NCBI GenBank assembly: GCA_050575255.1
Contig: JBNZDD010013683.1
Span: 3,600,929 to 3,664,928 of the forward strand
Direction of reading: 5' to 3'
Length of the DNA: 64,000 nt
Source of the DNA: Harriotta raleighana
Lineage: Eukaryota
Below, piece after piece: positions 1 through 12,265 of this stretch. The notes beneath the pieces were generated by a model, which searched no databases, was not told the DNA's origin, and saw only the letters and a list, made by a program, of their open reading frames with translations. The stretch's first letter is position 1; every line of letters starts with the position of its first letter. Position numbers and translations under genes: made by a program.

Positions 1-51
1 ATTAGATTAGTGACCAGATTGTAACAGCAAAGCAAACATTGTAATTCATGA

Positions 52-357
52 GTCCTGAAGCTCAGTGGTTAGAGTACTCGCCTTGCAAACAAGAGACCTG
101 GGTTTCATTCCAGGCTAGGCGAAACCTTGGGCAAGTTTCCTTGCTCCACATGCCTGATAATAATTCCTCGAAATAAAACCTCAACATTAAATTGATCGCT
201 TCAACCCATGACTGTGGGACACTGCTGTGCACAATTGGCTGCTGCGATTCGCCCACGACTATACAGTCAATTCACTTTACAGTATATTCTGTGAAGCGTT
301 TGGGACGTCTAGAAGGCAGTGACAAGAGCTATATCAAATGCAAGGATTATTATTATT
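52..357 (+). mobile_element. tRNA-headed SINE, near full length (family A: short Deu-like core, L2-type tail)
   Basis: A-box-like agctcagtgg, B-box-like ggtttcattcc, core gggacactgctgtgcacaattggctgc, tail gctatatcaaatgcaaggat(tat)n. More than ten related copies in the window. Confidence 0.88.
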
Positions 358-459
358 TTCCACAGTTCCTTCCAGAGTAGACAGAATCCGTCACAGTTAG
401 TGTTGCATTCATGGTCACTGAGAAAAGAAGCCTGACTGACACATCATCACAGTTTATTC

Positions 460-566
460 GTCAGTTCTGACGAAGGGTCGTGGATCCGAAACGTTGACTC
501 ACTTTCCTTTCTCCATGGATGCTGCCTGACCTCCTGAGTTTCCCCAGCAACTTCTGTGTTTGTATC
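460..566 (+). mobile_element. Penelope-like element terminal fragment
   Basis: ctgacgaagggtc...ccgaaacgttgactc...ctccatggatgctgcctgacctcctgagtttccccagca resembles recalled chondrichthyan Penelope pLTR ends. A related copy lies at 33971-34065. Confidence 0.6.
463..499 (+). ncRNA. Minimal type I hammerhead ribozyme-like motif
   Basis: Stem I AGTT/GACT, core CTGACGA (467-473) plus an extra A, stem II GGGTC/GATCC with GTG loop, GAAA (488-491), palindromic ACGT stem III and putative GUU cleavage triplet (493-495). Confidence 0.6.
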
Positions 567-1427
567 ACAATTTATAAACCTGGTTCCTCCCACTCTCCCT
601 CCGGGCACACGAAACAAAGGGAATTGATATCAATGTTACACTATTATAGCAAACAGTCACCAAGCTTAAATATATTTTGGCATTTTGTAACTGAACCACT
701 GTATTAAGTTACTTGCCTTTGGTCATCTTCCCATCCCTACCTGGTGGCCTCCCAACCTCAGCTCCGGTACAAACCCTCAAATGTCCAGCGCCTTGTGACA
801 TCCTCCCGACATCAAAGATTCTATATAAATTTGATTTGTTGTTGTTGCTGTAAGAATCATTCAATTTCTAATTAGCAACTGCTAACTAACTAAAGTCACT
901 GCACTAAATTTACCTTTGAAACATTTTGAAATTGATATCTATTTCTATATAAGTCTTTCTTTTTTTCCCCCATGATATAAATATGCATTTTCACATTAAA
1001 ATGATCATTCAATAATATTGAAGCACAGTTAAAATATTCATCTAATTCCTTAGTGTGGTAATGAGAAGCTCTGCATTTAATTTTCCCATCAGCCAACTCA
1101 GTGCAGCTGTTGGTATTATACTGTGACTTTTCTGCAGCATTTTTTACAATGATGTTTTGGGTAAAAATTATTATTCTGCAGAGGATGTGCTATTTGCCAG
1201 GCAAATTGGTTGCTTTCAATGAAGAGGTTAGACCAGTAATTTACAACAAGAATTTTCTTTTGATAAAAGCACAGAATATTTGTAAATCCAATCTCTAGGG
1301 AATTGTTACTGCACTTTTCAACCTCAGTCAGTTTGCTTTCCACAGACAACAATTCCATGTTATTCTCCATCTAATAGGGTGGGATCTTGAGAAGCTGCCA
1401 GCCATTCACCATAAAATAATGACAATT

Positions 1428-1940
1428 ACAAATGAGAAAGCCATTTGGCCTATTGAGTTTATGCTGGTGACAACCCACCCACTAGAGGTAACTAATCTCA
1501 GTTCCCTGATCTTTCCCTGGACCCTATTATATTCCTCCTCTTCAAAAACGTTTATTTTGTAGCTTCAATAGACACTTGTAGCAAAGCATTTCATATTTTA
1601 GAACCCTCCGTGTGAAAGTATTTGTTCTAACCTTGCCTCATCTCTTACAGTAACAATTCTAAATTTATGCCCCTAGTTAACTAACCAGTGCGAATAAACT
1701 TGTGATTTATTCTTTCAAAACCTCTCAGACTTGTGAAGAGCTCAATTAATGCTCCTCTCAAATTTCTCTGTTCCAGTGAAAACAGGGTCCATTTGTCGAG
1801 CCCTATTCTCACAAGTTATAATTACTTCGTCCCAGATATGATTTTTGTGAAGTTTCACTGAGCCTTCTCCATGGGCCTCTGAGCTTGTTCTGGGGCTCAC
1901 ATTGAGAATATTTTACATAGCGAAAATCAGCATCTTCACC
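1428..1940 (-). mobile_element. Degenerate CR1 LINE 3' fragment
   Basis: gccatttggcctattgag...gcatttcatattttagaaccctccgtgtgaaa...aaatttatgcccctagtt, resembling reversed CR1 ORF2 end and 3'UTR motifs. Confidence 0.6.
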
Positions 1941-3419
1941 AAGCTTTTAAAGGCAAGTTACCAACAGCGTTTTAACCAGTTGAAATGAGGTGTAAGGAGT
2001 ATTGCTTTGATTGTTCTAATATTTTTTCTTTACCAAACAAGAGGCTTTTGGTCAGTACTTGGTACCTTTCCCTCATCAACATGCTCCAGATGGTGAATTT
2101 TGCCAGATGAATTTGTAGATGTGATTCATCCCAATATTCAATTGGAACTCCACAATTGTACTCGACAAAAACAAATTCGTGTTCCACGATGATTTAAAAT
2201 GTGAAAGCCAACAGCCCGGGGGGAAAAAAAGCTTGTACTTTTATCTGCTCCGCAAAAATAACTCTTTTCGATTCCACAATCCTAACTTCAAAACATTCAG
2301 TGTTGCAGAGTCATGGGGAAAGTTTCCTATTGTAATTACCATCAGGTCTGGGAGAAGCAGATGCTCTTGTCAAAGCATAATTTATTTAAAGACTATGTCA
2401 ATTAGTTGGGTGATTGCTTACCTACATGAAATATTTATTGAAACCTTCTGTATATAAAAAGAGAGCTTTAACTCATTGGTTGACTTTCATCTGGCTATCT
2501 ATACCTCAGGCATGAGCAAGTACACTGTGAACACACTGCAGCAAAGAAGACAGTGCAGGCTAGCTATTCTCAGCTCTTTGACTGCCACTTGCTACTCAAT
2601 GTACTATCCTTCTCAAGCCTCACATCCTTATAAAATATCTCCCTTTATTTTCAGACTTGCTACTTAAGTCTGAGTAGTATTTTATTTTACCTTTGCACTA
2701 TCCATTTCGACCTATTGTGTTGAAAAGTACAACATTTCACAACAGATGAAATGTGTTAAGTGTCACATAGAGTGCGATGGAAATCTACATTTTACACTGC
2801 GTTGTGCTGCAAATTTGTAAAGCAGATCTCGTGAGGGAAGCAAAATGCAATGTTTTCACTGATTCAATTTCGATGCTGCCTTTAATATAACATTAATCCT
2901 TGCCTTTGATACATCGCCATGTCGCTTATTTCATGTTTCAATTGTGTATATTCTGTGTGCATTTCATGAACTACAAAATGCAATGACAACCCTTTACTCT
3001 CTCACTTGGGCATTGTGGATATTGTTTTAATCAACGTGTGCATATTAGTTATTCAATGTTTCGCATGATTGTGGCGTCGCAGCTGTGAGGGGAAATATGT
3101 GTGAAGTTACACCATAGACAGTTCAGTGCCTAAAAGTCCATTTGTAGGGGAGGTATTAATAGACAACGCAAACTCGTGTAAGCCTAGAAATTGAATTGGC
3201 TGACCATAGTAACAAAGATCATGAGAGGCTGCAGTCACCTTCAGGATCTTGAGTATCTGGAGGCAAAGAAAATTAGGTGGATGGCTTATTTATGACTACT
3301 TTCCACAGATGTTGGAGATGAATAGGATTGAACTCACACCATGGTTCAACAGCCTGTGGACCTTGCTCTTCAGGCTTACCCACCAAGAATGATCACTTGG
3401 ATGAGTTACTGGCAGAATA

Positions 3420-3664
3420 ATGGACGTGGTGAGCTCGCTCGTCAGCGACATCTCCGAGCGGCTCGCCTGCGAGGCCTTCTGCCTGATCTGGTGCTGCCTG
3501 GGCCGGCACTGATCTGGTGCTGCAGGCGACCGTCTCCTCGTGGGAGACCATGGCGTCACGGGAGAGCCGGTCGGTGGTCGAGCGGCTGCTACCAGGCGAA
3601 CAGGCCAGACACGCCGTGTCCGAGGTGCCAGGGCCGTCACCGAATCACCTGCTGCATCGGCTGA
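3420..3664 (+). pseudogene. 5'-truncated, frameshifted histone H2B-like pseudogene
   Basis: Across frames reads MDVVSSLVSDISERLACEAFCL...TMASRESRSVVERLLPGEQARHAVSE(G)ARAVT, versus canonical H2B [22 protein letters not shown]...[32 protein letters not shown]. Stop at 3510-3512, frameshifts and internal duplications. GC/CpG-rich against an AT-rich background. Confidence 0.85.
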
Positions 3665-3774
3665 AGAGCCGCTCGGTTTTTAGGCCTTTCACCACAGTGG
3701 GCCTGGTTCCCGCCTTTCTGAATATCGGCCAGGCGGGCGGCGAGGTAAAAGGAGAGGTTGCTGGACTGTTGTTA

Positions 3775-4105
3775 ATTCTTGTTGTTGTTGCTTTTGCTGT
3801 GTTTCTTGTTGCTTTTTTTGTTTATTGTTGTNATGTTTATTGTTTGTTGTTGTTGTTTAATCCCCACCCTGCCCACTGACCTTTCCCCCTTCTTTTTCTT
3901 CTTCTTCCCTCCTTCCCTTTCCCCCCTTCCCTCCCTCTTCCTTCCCCCTCTTCCTTCTTGCCCCCCTTTCTCCCTGCTTTTCCTCCCTGATTTCCCCCTT
4001 GCCCCTTTTCTCCCCCCCATTTCCTTCCTGATTTTATCCCACCCCGTCTTTCCCTCTGTCTCCCCCCTTATTCTCTTTTCCCCCTTTCTCCCCCAGCCCC
4101 TCTTC
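3775..4105 (+). repeat. Low-complexity (GTT)n-like tract followed by a long C/T polypyrimidine tract
   Basis: Direct base composition. It accounts for the spurious ORFs 3772-4137 and 3779-4426. Confidence 0.9.
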
Positions 4106-4422
4106 CGCGACTGTTTGTGGGACACTGCTATGTGCAATTTGGCTGACGCGTTTCACCCACAAATATACGGTCAATTTTTCCTGTTCTCCTTCCCCCTACC
4201 CCGACCCCTCCCTTTCTTCCCTAACCCCACTTCCATGACTGTTTGTGGGACACTGCTGTGCGCAATTTGGCTGCTGCGTTTCGCCCACAAATATACAGTC
4301 AATATTTCCTTCTTTCTTTCTCCCGACCCCTTCCCCCCCTGCTCTGATCCCTACTTGACTGTACAGCTCCTTGGGACGTCCTCCCGACGTGAAAGGCACT
4401 ATATAAATGTAATATTGATTGA

Positions 4423-4788
4423 CTGAATGGGGCAGTGGGAGAGGACAGATTCAAGAGATTGTATGACCGGAATATGTTATAAGATTACGGTTCTCTGGCA
4501 CCTTGGGCTGTTAGAGACCCTGTTGTGTTTTTGCTTTCACTTTGAAAGAGATTTAAAGACCAAGAGACATAAAGCATTTTTGAAGTTATATTTTGAAATC
4601 ATCANCTGAATGGGGCAGTGGGAGAGGACAGACTCAAGAGATTGTATGACCGGAATATGTCATAAGATTACGGTTCTCTGGCACCTTGGGCTGTTAAGAG
4701 ACCCTGTTGTGTTTTTGCTTTCACTTTGAAAGAGATTCAAAGACCAAGAGACATAAAGCATTTTTGAAGTTATATTTTGAAATCATCA
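4423..4788. repeat. About 182-bp direct duplication around the single N at 4605
   Basis: Same pattern at the single Ns at 25222, 28080, 30037, 30509, 53456 and 53640. Confidence 0.9.
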
Positions 4789-6751
4789 CAATGTAATTAG
4801 CCTCGAAATTAACATTTTAATTGGATAAAAAAAATGTGCAAGGGAGCCACGATCTAAAAATTGTTTAACCCAGTAAGGAATTCTGGTGAAAAAGCCTTAC
4901 ATTGTTGTACCAAGCATTCCTCCATTACAATAATTATAATTGGCTTAATTTCAAGTTTGGAATTGCTTGAAGAAGCAGGTGTTTGTATGCAATTTAAAAT
5001 ATTCTTCAACATTTTCTCTTCTAATGAATATTTCTCAACTCGCTTGATTGCAAGAATCTTTTTATTTTGTTTTGGGTGCAAGCTGAATCAGGAATTAGAG
5101 ATGCTTTCAGCAAAATCATGCTCCATAATTAAGTGTTGTGCAGCTAATAGACCTTACATTTCCCCCACATTTGATTTGTAGACTAATAAAGCTGAAATCT
5201 TCGTCGAAGTCACATTTTTATTATCTGACTACATTAACCATATTTTAAACATGATAGCAATATTACCTTTTTATTACATTAGAGTCGACACTGGGCAAAT
5301 TACTAAAACCAAGCCTGACATCAAAGTAGAAATGATAGATTCTGACAAAACATGGTTGGAGTTATGTAATTGAAGGAAGCACTCAATGGAATGCAAAACT
5401 TCATGCCACATGGGATTCATATTATTGGGTTTGTCACTACAGATAGCTTTATAGCCAAAGTGGCAACACATTTTCAGCCCGAATGTTAAAACAAAGTTCT
5501 CCTTCCTCAATTGGAATGTCATTGCTGGCACGCTGGCTTCAACAATGATGAACGCAATACAAACAGCACCCAAAAACAGATTTTCTTTTTAAATCAAACG
5601 CTCCTATACTAGTTGATGACTTCTGCATACTTACAAAAAGAATGCAAAACTTACTTTTGGCGTTGGAGGATCTTTTCCGAGAGTCGAACTTCCATGCCTT
5701 GGCCCCGATTCTTAGTTCGGGCATTTTGCAATGGAAATCAATTCTCATTTAGTCCTCCTTAACCTAAAATGATAGAAAGTTTAGAGCGCCAAAGAAGTCC
5801 ATTTAGCCTATTGTGTGCCTTTCATACAAATTCAACCGTATTATTTATAGTCAGTACACAAATTGAATCTGGGTTGTGATCTTTATCAGCCACATAAAGA
5901 GAATATTAGAAGTTATTTCAGTATGCAAATTGTGAATACTGAATTCTCACTCTCTTCGCAATGACAAATGACCTCACACTTCATCAAAATGTATTTGTGA
6001 AAGGGCAGGTTAAAGGAAGGAGATTGCATGAACTAACTTTAGACAGTCTTGAGAATATTATAGATGATTGGAATTTAGATGATTACATTCAGCTATTGAC
6101 GGATAGTAAATCAGTGACTGCAACAAAAGATGAAAGGTTTTGTCTAATATTTGAATCTGACATTAGGTGTTCCAGTAAAACTGTATAATGTGGAATGATG
6201 AACAAGCACTCTCGGTAATGCACCTGTCAGGTTTAAAGAGTCCTCTCAGTATTGCAAGTATTGACTGCATGAGTTTCCCGATTGCTAGACATCACAACCA
6301 TTTTAAAGCCAGTAAGGTGGTAAGGTCAAATGAAGATTGCTAAAATTCTATGGCAAAGTCAAGTTTAAACCTGTTAATGCAGAACTCAGGTACTGAGGTA
6401 TGGTATTCCTTTCACGGGGCACAAATTACCATGAATATTAATAAAGCAACTATGAATATAAATTAAACATATTTAAGAACATTGCTCCAGAGAATTATTC
6501 CAGTATTCCTCTCTTTTATCATTACAAGTTAATCCTTGTTGAAGTGCTGCAATGCCGTTTTTATACAAAAATTGGATATATCAGAATCAAGAAAAGTTAT
6601 TTTTTCAGAAACCACAATACAGTATCAATATTTAGAAATTCCCTTAAGACATTTCCCAGCTTAGACCCCATGTTTTAATCCTTCTCTCATTTCATTTAAT
6701 ATACTTTTTTCCAGCTTTTTCCACACCAAAAACTTGGCGGATCAACATGAA

Positions 6752-7131
6752 TAATAATAATCATCCTTGGACTTATCAAGTTGTTGAGACATCCCAAAAC
6801 ATTTCACAGGATAGTGTAAAGTGGAATGACTGTATTTTGTGGGCAAAACGTGGCAGCCAGTTGTCCCACAAACAGCCGATGGAGCAGGTGACCTATTTTA
6901 TTTTTGAGGGATTTATTAGACTTCAGACTGGGAGAAACTCCCCTGCTCTTTTCGAATCATGCCGTTAAGATCTTTAACATGCACCTGAACAGCTAGACGG
7001 GACCTTGGTTCAACATCTCATCTGAAAGACAGTACCTCCAACAATGCACCACTTCATTCAGGTCAAATCCTGACATGGGATTTGAACCCACAACCTTCTG
7101 ACTCAAGAGGCGAAATTGTTGCCACTGAGCT
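6752..7131 (-). mobile_element. Older DeuSINE-like element (family B: long Deu domain, SacSINE1/AmnSINE-like)
   Basis: gggagaaactcccctgctcttttcgaa...gatctttaac..cacctgaacag...catctcatctgaaagacagtacctcc, and tRNA-like head gggatttgaacccacaaccttctgactc. Confidence 0.75.
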
Positions 7132-8689
7132 AATTACAAAATGTGAAGCATTTATTCAGTGCAGTTTCAGAGAACACAATTGCAGTGATTAAAAAAAACA
7201 TTTATTGTTAGATATTCAACAGAGCAGATTAAAATCCATTATCCTTTAGTATCACGTTAAAGGCAGTAGTCAAAGCAAACACATATTTATTCAATGAAAA
7301 CATTCCTTCAATGTATAGACAGATGCTCTTGATTACATCACAATTCTACTAAGACCATTTAACCTTTGAAGTGAGCGAATGATCTGAATTAAAAACCTTT
7401 AAAATAAAATTGCGAGTTCACAGCTATTGCTATAATGAGTCACACACACAACAACAAAAACATATGGAGCGCTGAACAGCTGAATGAACTCATTTGCATT
7501 TCCATGCTAGGATCTTTTTTACTTTTACTCAGAAATTACTTGAAACTGTTCACACAAAAAGGGCTAAGTTAACAGTAACACAAGACAAGTTAAGACGCTT
7601 CCAAATTAATTCCCATCATTTTTGTTAGGATGCAAACATTTCTGGCATGATATATAATTTACATTCATTTAAATGGAACATTGGTGTAAAAAAAAGGAAT
7701 CACATTTTGACCTCCTTAGCGACAAAAGTGTACAATACCATTACTTGGAAATAAAGAAACTATACAGTGGTTCAACTATCATCTGAACTTAAGAGCTATC
7801 AAGAAAATAACATATTGCACAAAATGCTTAAAAGTAGAGAAACAATAACTGAAGAACACAAAACACTTAACATAAAACAAAAGTTTAATCACATACAACA
7901 TATAATATGAACACATACAACAGCAAGCTATTCACCATTGAAGAGACACCATTTTCTGGGTCTCGAGTCAAGTTTTAACACGACTACTTGAACTAGTTTA
8001 TATAAAGTCCCTTTTTGTCATAAGATTTGAGACATTATAAAAAGTAACAATCAAAAAAGTTGAATTATGTTAAATAATAACTTTAGATATAAATTTGATT
8101 TAATTTTCAGTTTAGAAGTATGATAATACACGACTAAGGATTGGATCTTTGCAAACGTATTGTAGGAAAATGAATGTCATTTACAACTATCCCAATTTAG
8201 TCAGTTAATACATAGGAGAACAACTGTAGCATTTCAAACCCAAAAGAAAAAAGAATTAGACCACAATAATAAGGTAAATGACCCAATATTCTCTGTCATT
8301 CCAATTCCTATCATGCATCTTACTTAGTGTATCGGACCATTTATTTGGTAGAATACTACAAGGAAATCCATTTTAGTAGTCAAAGTATTAATTCACTGCC
8401 CAACAGTAATCTCAGAAAACATAATTGCTTTCCAACCCAAAAAGTGAATCAATCATTATTTCCTGAACCAGTAATGCAGCGTATGGTTATGTGAGTAGAA
8501 ATAAATTCTATCATTAAATAAATCAGATTCTCGTCATAGGTGGAATCAACACAGATTTCTGATGTACCAAAGGTGAACCATGGTTTCTTGAGCAATGCAA
8601 GGTCACTGCTGGGCAAATCTTCTAACTGTTTGCACTCATTACATTCTGCTGTGGCATTGGCTACTTGCAAATAGAAATCACCCTACAAA

Positions 8690-9100
8690 GTTAAGGTATG
8701 ATGAGAGGCTAGGTAGACTGGGATTATATTCATAGAGCAGTAACAAAGGAGTGATTCAATTGAGGCATTTAAAACAATGGAAACGATGGGAAGGTTATAT
8801 AGGGGTCATCCCTTCCCTTTTGGTAGAGGGTTCTGTTACAAATCTGTTAAAACCAGAACAAAGAACTGAGGTTCAGAAGCATGTCTTCTTACAGTGGGTT
8901 GCGATTTATGATGTGTTCTGCTCTAGCGGCAGAATCAATAGATATATGCAAAGGAGATAGATAAATGCCTCGAGTACTAAAGGTAATGGGTACAATGAAA
9001 GGGACATTGAGAGCTCAGAGATCTGCCAAGATCTAATAAACTGGTGAAACAGGCTTGATGGGTTGAACAGTCTTCTCCTGTTCCCGAGGTTCCTATGAAC
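8690..9100 (+). mobile_element. Degenerate CR1 LINE 3' end
   Basis: gtatgatgagaggctaggtagactggga...attgaggcatttaaaa, and terminal acaggcttgatgggttgaacagtcttctcctgttcc...ttcctatg. Confidence 0.65.
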
Positions 9101-10476
9101 CATAATTGTATTTCCCAAAGGTAAGAAAAAGGATGACTTTGCAGCTGTAACATCTCAGGGCTCAGATGACCTTTTATGAACTTAAGTTTTACATTCTATG
9201 CTGATATTCAACTGCCTTAAAAATATACTTAAGACGATGCGTTCTCCTGTACAGTCAGGATCCTCAAACAATTCATGGCAGGATTTTACTGCAACTTGAT
9301 CCTAAAACCTACACACCGCTCTTTAAGGCATTAAGCAAAGAGACATGATAATGGGAATTTTAGGAGAGGACACAAGCACATTCTTTGCTCTTTGAATATT
9401 GATACCCTCGCTGCCTTTGAGGTCAGGTTAGGAATCTTATCCCCTTACAAGACACTTCTCTCTGCCTCCGATAATAAACAAACTTTTGTTTCAACCATAT
9501 GTAACGCAAAAAACAATTATTTTTCTAATTTCATTACACTGTCAAAGAAAACTAAATACAGTGGCAAAACTGAAACAAAAAGATATCTTGTGCGCTAAAG
9601 ACAAAGTAGATCAGCTGGAAGCCTTTAATGAAACACCGACTACAAACTACTGCATGTTGAGCAAACACTTTCGTACATCGAACACATACTCCGTTGAAGC
9701 CGAAATATGGATTTCAAGCTGTCATAAAGTTTTTATTTGCTGAGCGTCAAAACGTATTTTCTTCCATCATCAGCCATTAGGCCAGCTGCACAAGAAGCAT
9801 ATTTATTTGACATCTGCTGAACCCCCAGAGTATAAGGAGCGGAGAATTCACAATAATGGCAGACACACACTCTCCGGCTTTTGCAAATGTTGAGAAAGTT
9901 GCAGCATTTTCACGCTCTAGGTTTCACACACCAACAATTCTAACGTACTCTCTGAGTGAGATGGTCAGTTTGTAACATTGACGCATATCCATTAAAAACT
10001 CATTTTAGACTGACTCTACTAAGGCCCCCTACTGCCAACAGTAAGAAAGTCCTTGTCCATCTCTATCCCACCTGCTGGGGGTGATTTGAACACAGATTCC
10101 AAACATGAAAGGGCCAATCTCCTAACTAATATACCATGCAGTCTCCATTATTTGTCTAAGTGTAAAGTGAATTCAGAGACGAATTCTGCTGCATTGTACT
10201 GAAGTCAAATTTGGATAGTCAGATTGTGTTGAAAATGTGGTACAAAATTACCAAAACAAAACAAATGGCAATTCCCAAACTGCATTTCTTTTCTAAGTTT
10301 TGTTTTCTTACTCTGACGCTTGAAATAATTCACAACCTTTGTGGGGAATGTTGCGTGTTACCACAGATTTTGTTTTGGAAAAAACAGAATTTTGGACAAC
10401 ACAGAAGACAATTCAAAATAATATTCTGTAGTTCCTTACATTTACCATAGCTTTTGTTCATGGTGTTCAGCAATGA

Positions 10477-10482
10477 TTTATT
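10477..10482 (-). terminator. Candidate proximal poly(A) signal AATAAA of NELL1
   Basis: tttatt on the + strand about 440 nt downstream of the stop. Further candidates at 9732-9737, 7201-7206 and 7151-7156. Confidence 0.4.
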
Positions 10483-10918
10483 TGGGTGTTAAATGATGGA
10501 AACGTATGAATTTCAAAGCTGCAAAGGACATCTGGTACTTAAAGCATTAATACGTAATATTAGACTTCACTGATTTACAGAAAGACATGTAAACACGTTT
10601 TGACAGATATTCAACTGCAAGGTTTGGACAAACAATCCCGTTTCCCATTTGCAGTTATCAAAATGCTGTAAAAATATAGAAGTGTGATCTTCCAATGGCA
10701 TGGTGATGGAGGCTCCCAACGTTTGAGCTGAAAGTGAAACACTTTGAACTGAATAGCCACAAAAGTGCAGGGTAGTTCATCGAAAGACAAGACTCACAGA
10801 AATCTTGCTCCATTTGGCAGCTTTAAGTTGTACTGTAAAATGCAAGGACCCTTTTGAAGTACGTTTTAGACATTACCTACACAGTCCACACAAGAGGTAA
10901 AGCAGTCCATAGAGAGCT

Positions 10919-10969
10919 TCAGTTATTGTGGAGGCAATCCACATCCACCAAACAGCAGATATTTCCGTT
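10919..10969 (-). CDS. NELL1: NELL1 terminal coding exon segment including TGA stop (not in the ORF track)
   Basis: Acceptor ttctgttctctgcAG|AAC. Translates NGNICCLVDVDCLHNN*, matching the recalled NELL1 C-terminus NGRVCCSVDFECLQNN*. Confidence 0.93.
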   Translation of the reverse strand, partial: NGNICCLVDVDCLHNN

Positions 10970-12040
10970 CTGCAGAGAACAGAAAACAGAATGAATAACT
11001 CTCTTGATATTTCACTATACTTCTCCAATTCAGATTTTAAAAGTTATTCGTGCCCCACTGCATCCCCCAGATCATTCCCTTTTGCTCCTCACACTGGGAA
11101 ATCAACTTGCACTTATACAATGCCCTTCGCATAGAACAGTGTCTTGGAGCTATGTAACCTCATTATAAGGCATCCTTTACAACTTTGGTTTGACTGCTGT
11201 ACATAAACGCACAACTTCTAGTCTCACTATCTCCTGTTTTACGTGCAGGAAACTTCCCATGCTAAACTTACAGGTTAACATATGACATAATTTCCCACTG
11301 TATGAGTTTGGCCTTATTACAAAACACATTGAGAGCATGCCAGGTTTTGAATGAATAAATTACTTTGACAACCACAACTCGTATTTAATATAGAGCCTTT
11401 TACATGGTGCAGATGATGATTACCATTGCAGTTAACAAAACATTACCAACTAATAAAGCATTTCATTAGAAGATTCACGTCCAATTAAGAAGACATAATC
11501 AATCATCAAAATCAAACTTTTCATTCCCTGGCAAAATGAATATTTTTGGCTGTATTCCAAACACAGGGAATACTGATTTAAATCAAGGGGTATTAAAGTA
11601 CAGTACATTGAAAAATGATGTAATAGATGAATTGTCATTGTCGTGTATCAGTTAATGTGGGCCAGTGAATGCTTTGGGCTCACCAAAGATCTGAAAGACT
11701 GAGGAGACCATGCATTGGCACAAAAAGATGTGTGCCTCAAACAGTAAACCAATGGAAAAGTATGCGAATTACGTCAAATGGTAGGATCTGTTGGAGAATC
11801 TATTCTGATGCTGATTCTGGTGCTTATTCTAAATCCAAACTGCACTAACAACCTCTCAAATATCATTATTAAGCAATGACCGAGAATGATGACATATCAA
11901 TTGATCAATTCCATCTATGTCTGAATTTCCATCTGTCTCCTAAATGGTTAGATTTTTCCAAAAAGTGACAACGTGAAAGAAAGTGCTTTCTTTAAATCTG
12001 TTGCGATTCAGACAATAAGATTGCTCATGTCATACAGTAC

Positions 12041-12265
12041 CTTGCATTTACAAGTAGTGCAGGGGGATCCAGGCATGGTCCATATAGAGCCACTGAGCCG
12101 TGTTATTCCATGGTTGTCTATACAAGTCTGACGGATATCATAGACCATGTTGTCAGCTAAGCAGGGATCACTGACGCATTGTGGGCAGCATTCTCCCTCT
12201 GGGATGGTTGTGTACTCGCAGCTGAGAGTCGGACAGGTTAAAGGCCAGCAATCCACTTCTCCCTG
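12041..12265 (-). CDS. NELL1: NELL1 penultimate exon (VWC), 225 bp, phase 0-0
   Basis: Acceptor gtgtAG|CAGGGA and donor AAG|GTACTG. Translates QGEVDCWPLTCPTLSCEYTTIPEGECCPQCVSDPCLADNMVYDIRQTCIDNHGITRLSGSIWTMPGSPCTTCKCK. Confidence 0.94.

Noticed and set aside
3296-3664. GC-rich ORFs 3296-3640 and 3341-3664 as genes, or the block as a CpG-island promoter
   Set aside because: They are alternative or antisense frames of the H2B relic, which explains the GC content.
3772-4426. Long ORFs of 215 aa and 121 aa
   Set aside because: They are translations of GTT and C/T low-complexity tracts plus SINE sequence.
4423-4788. Tandem repeats at single Ns (also 25222, 30037, 30509, 53456, 53640)
   Set aside because: The systematic association with N joins indicates contig-end overlaps rather than biology.
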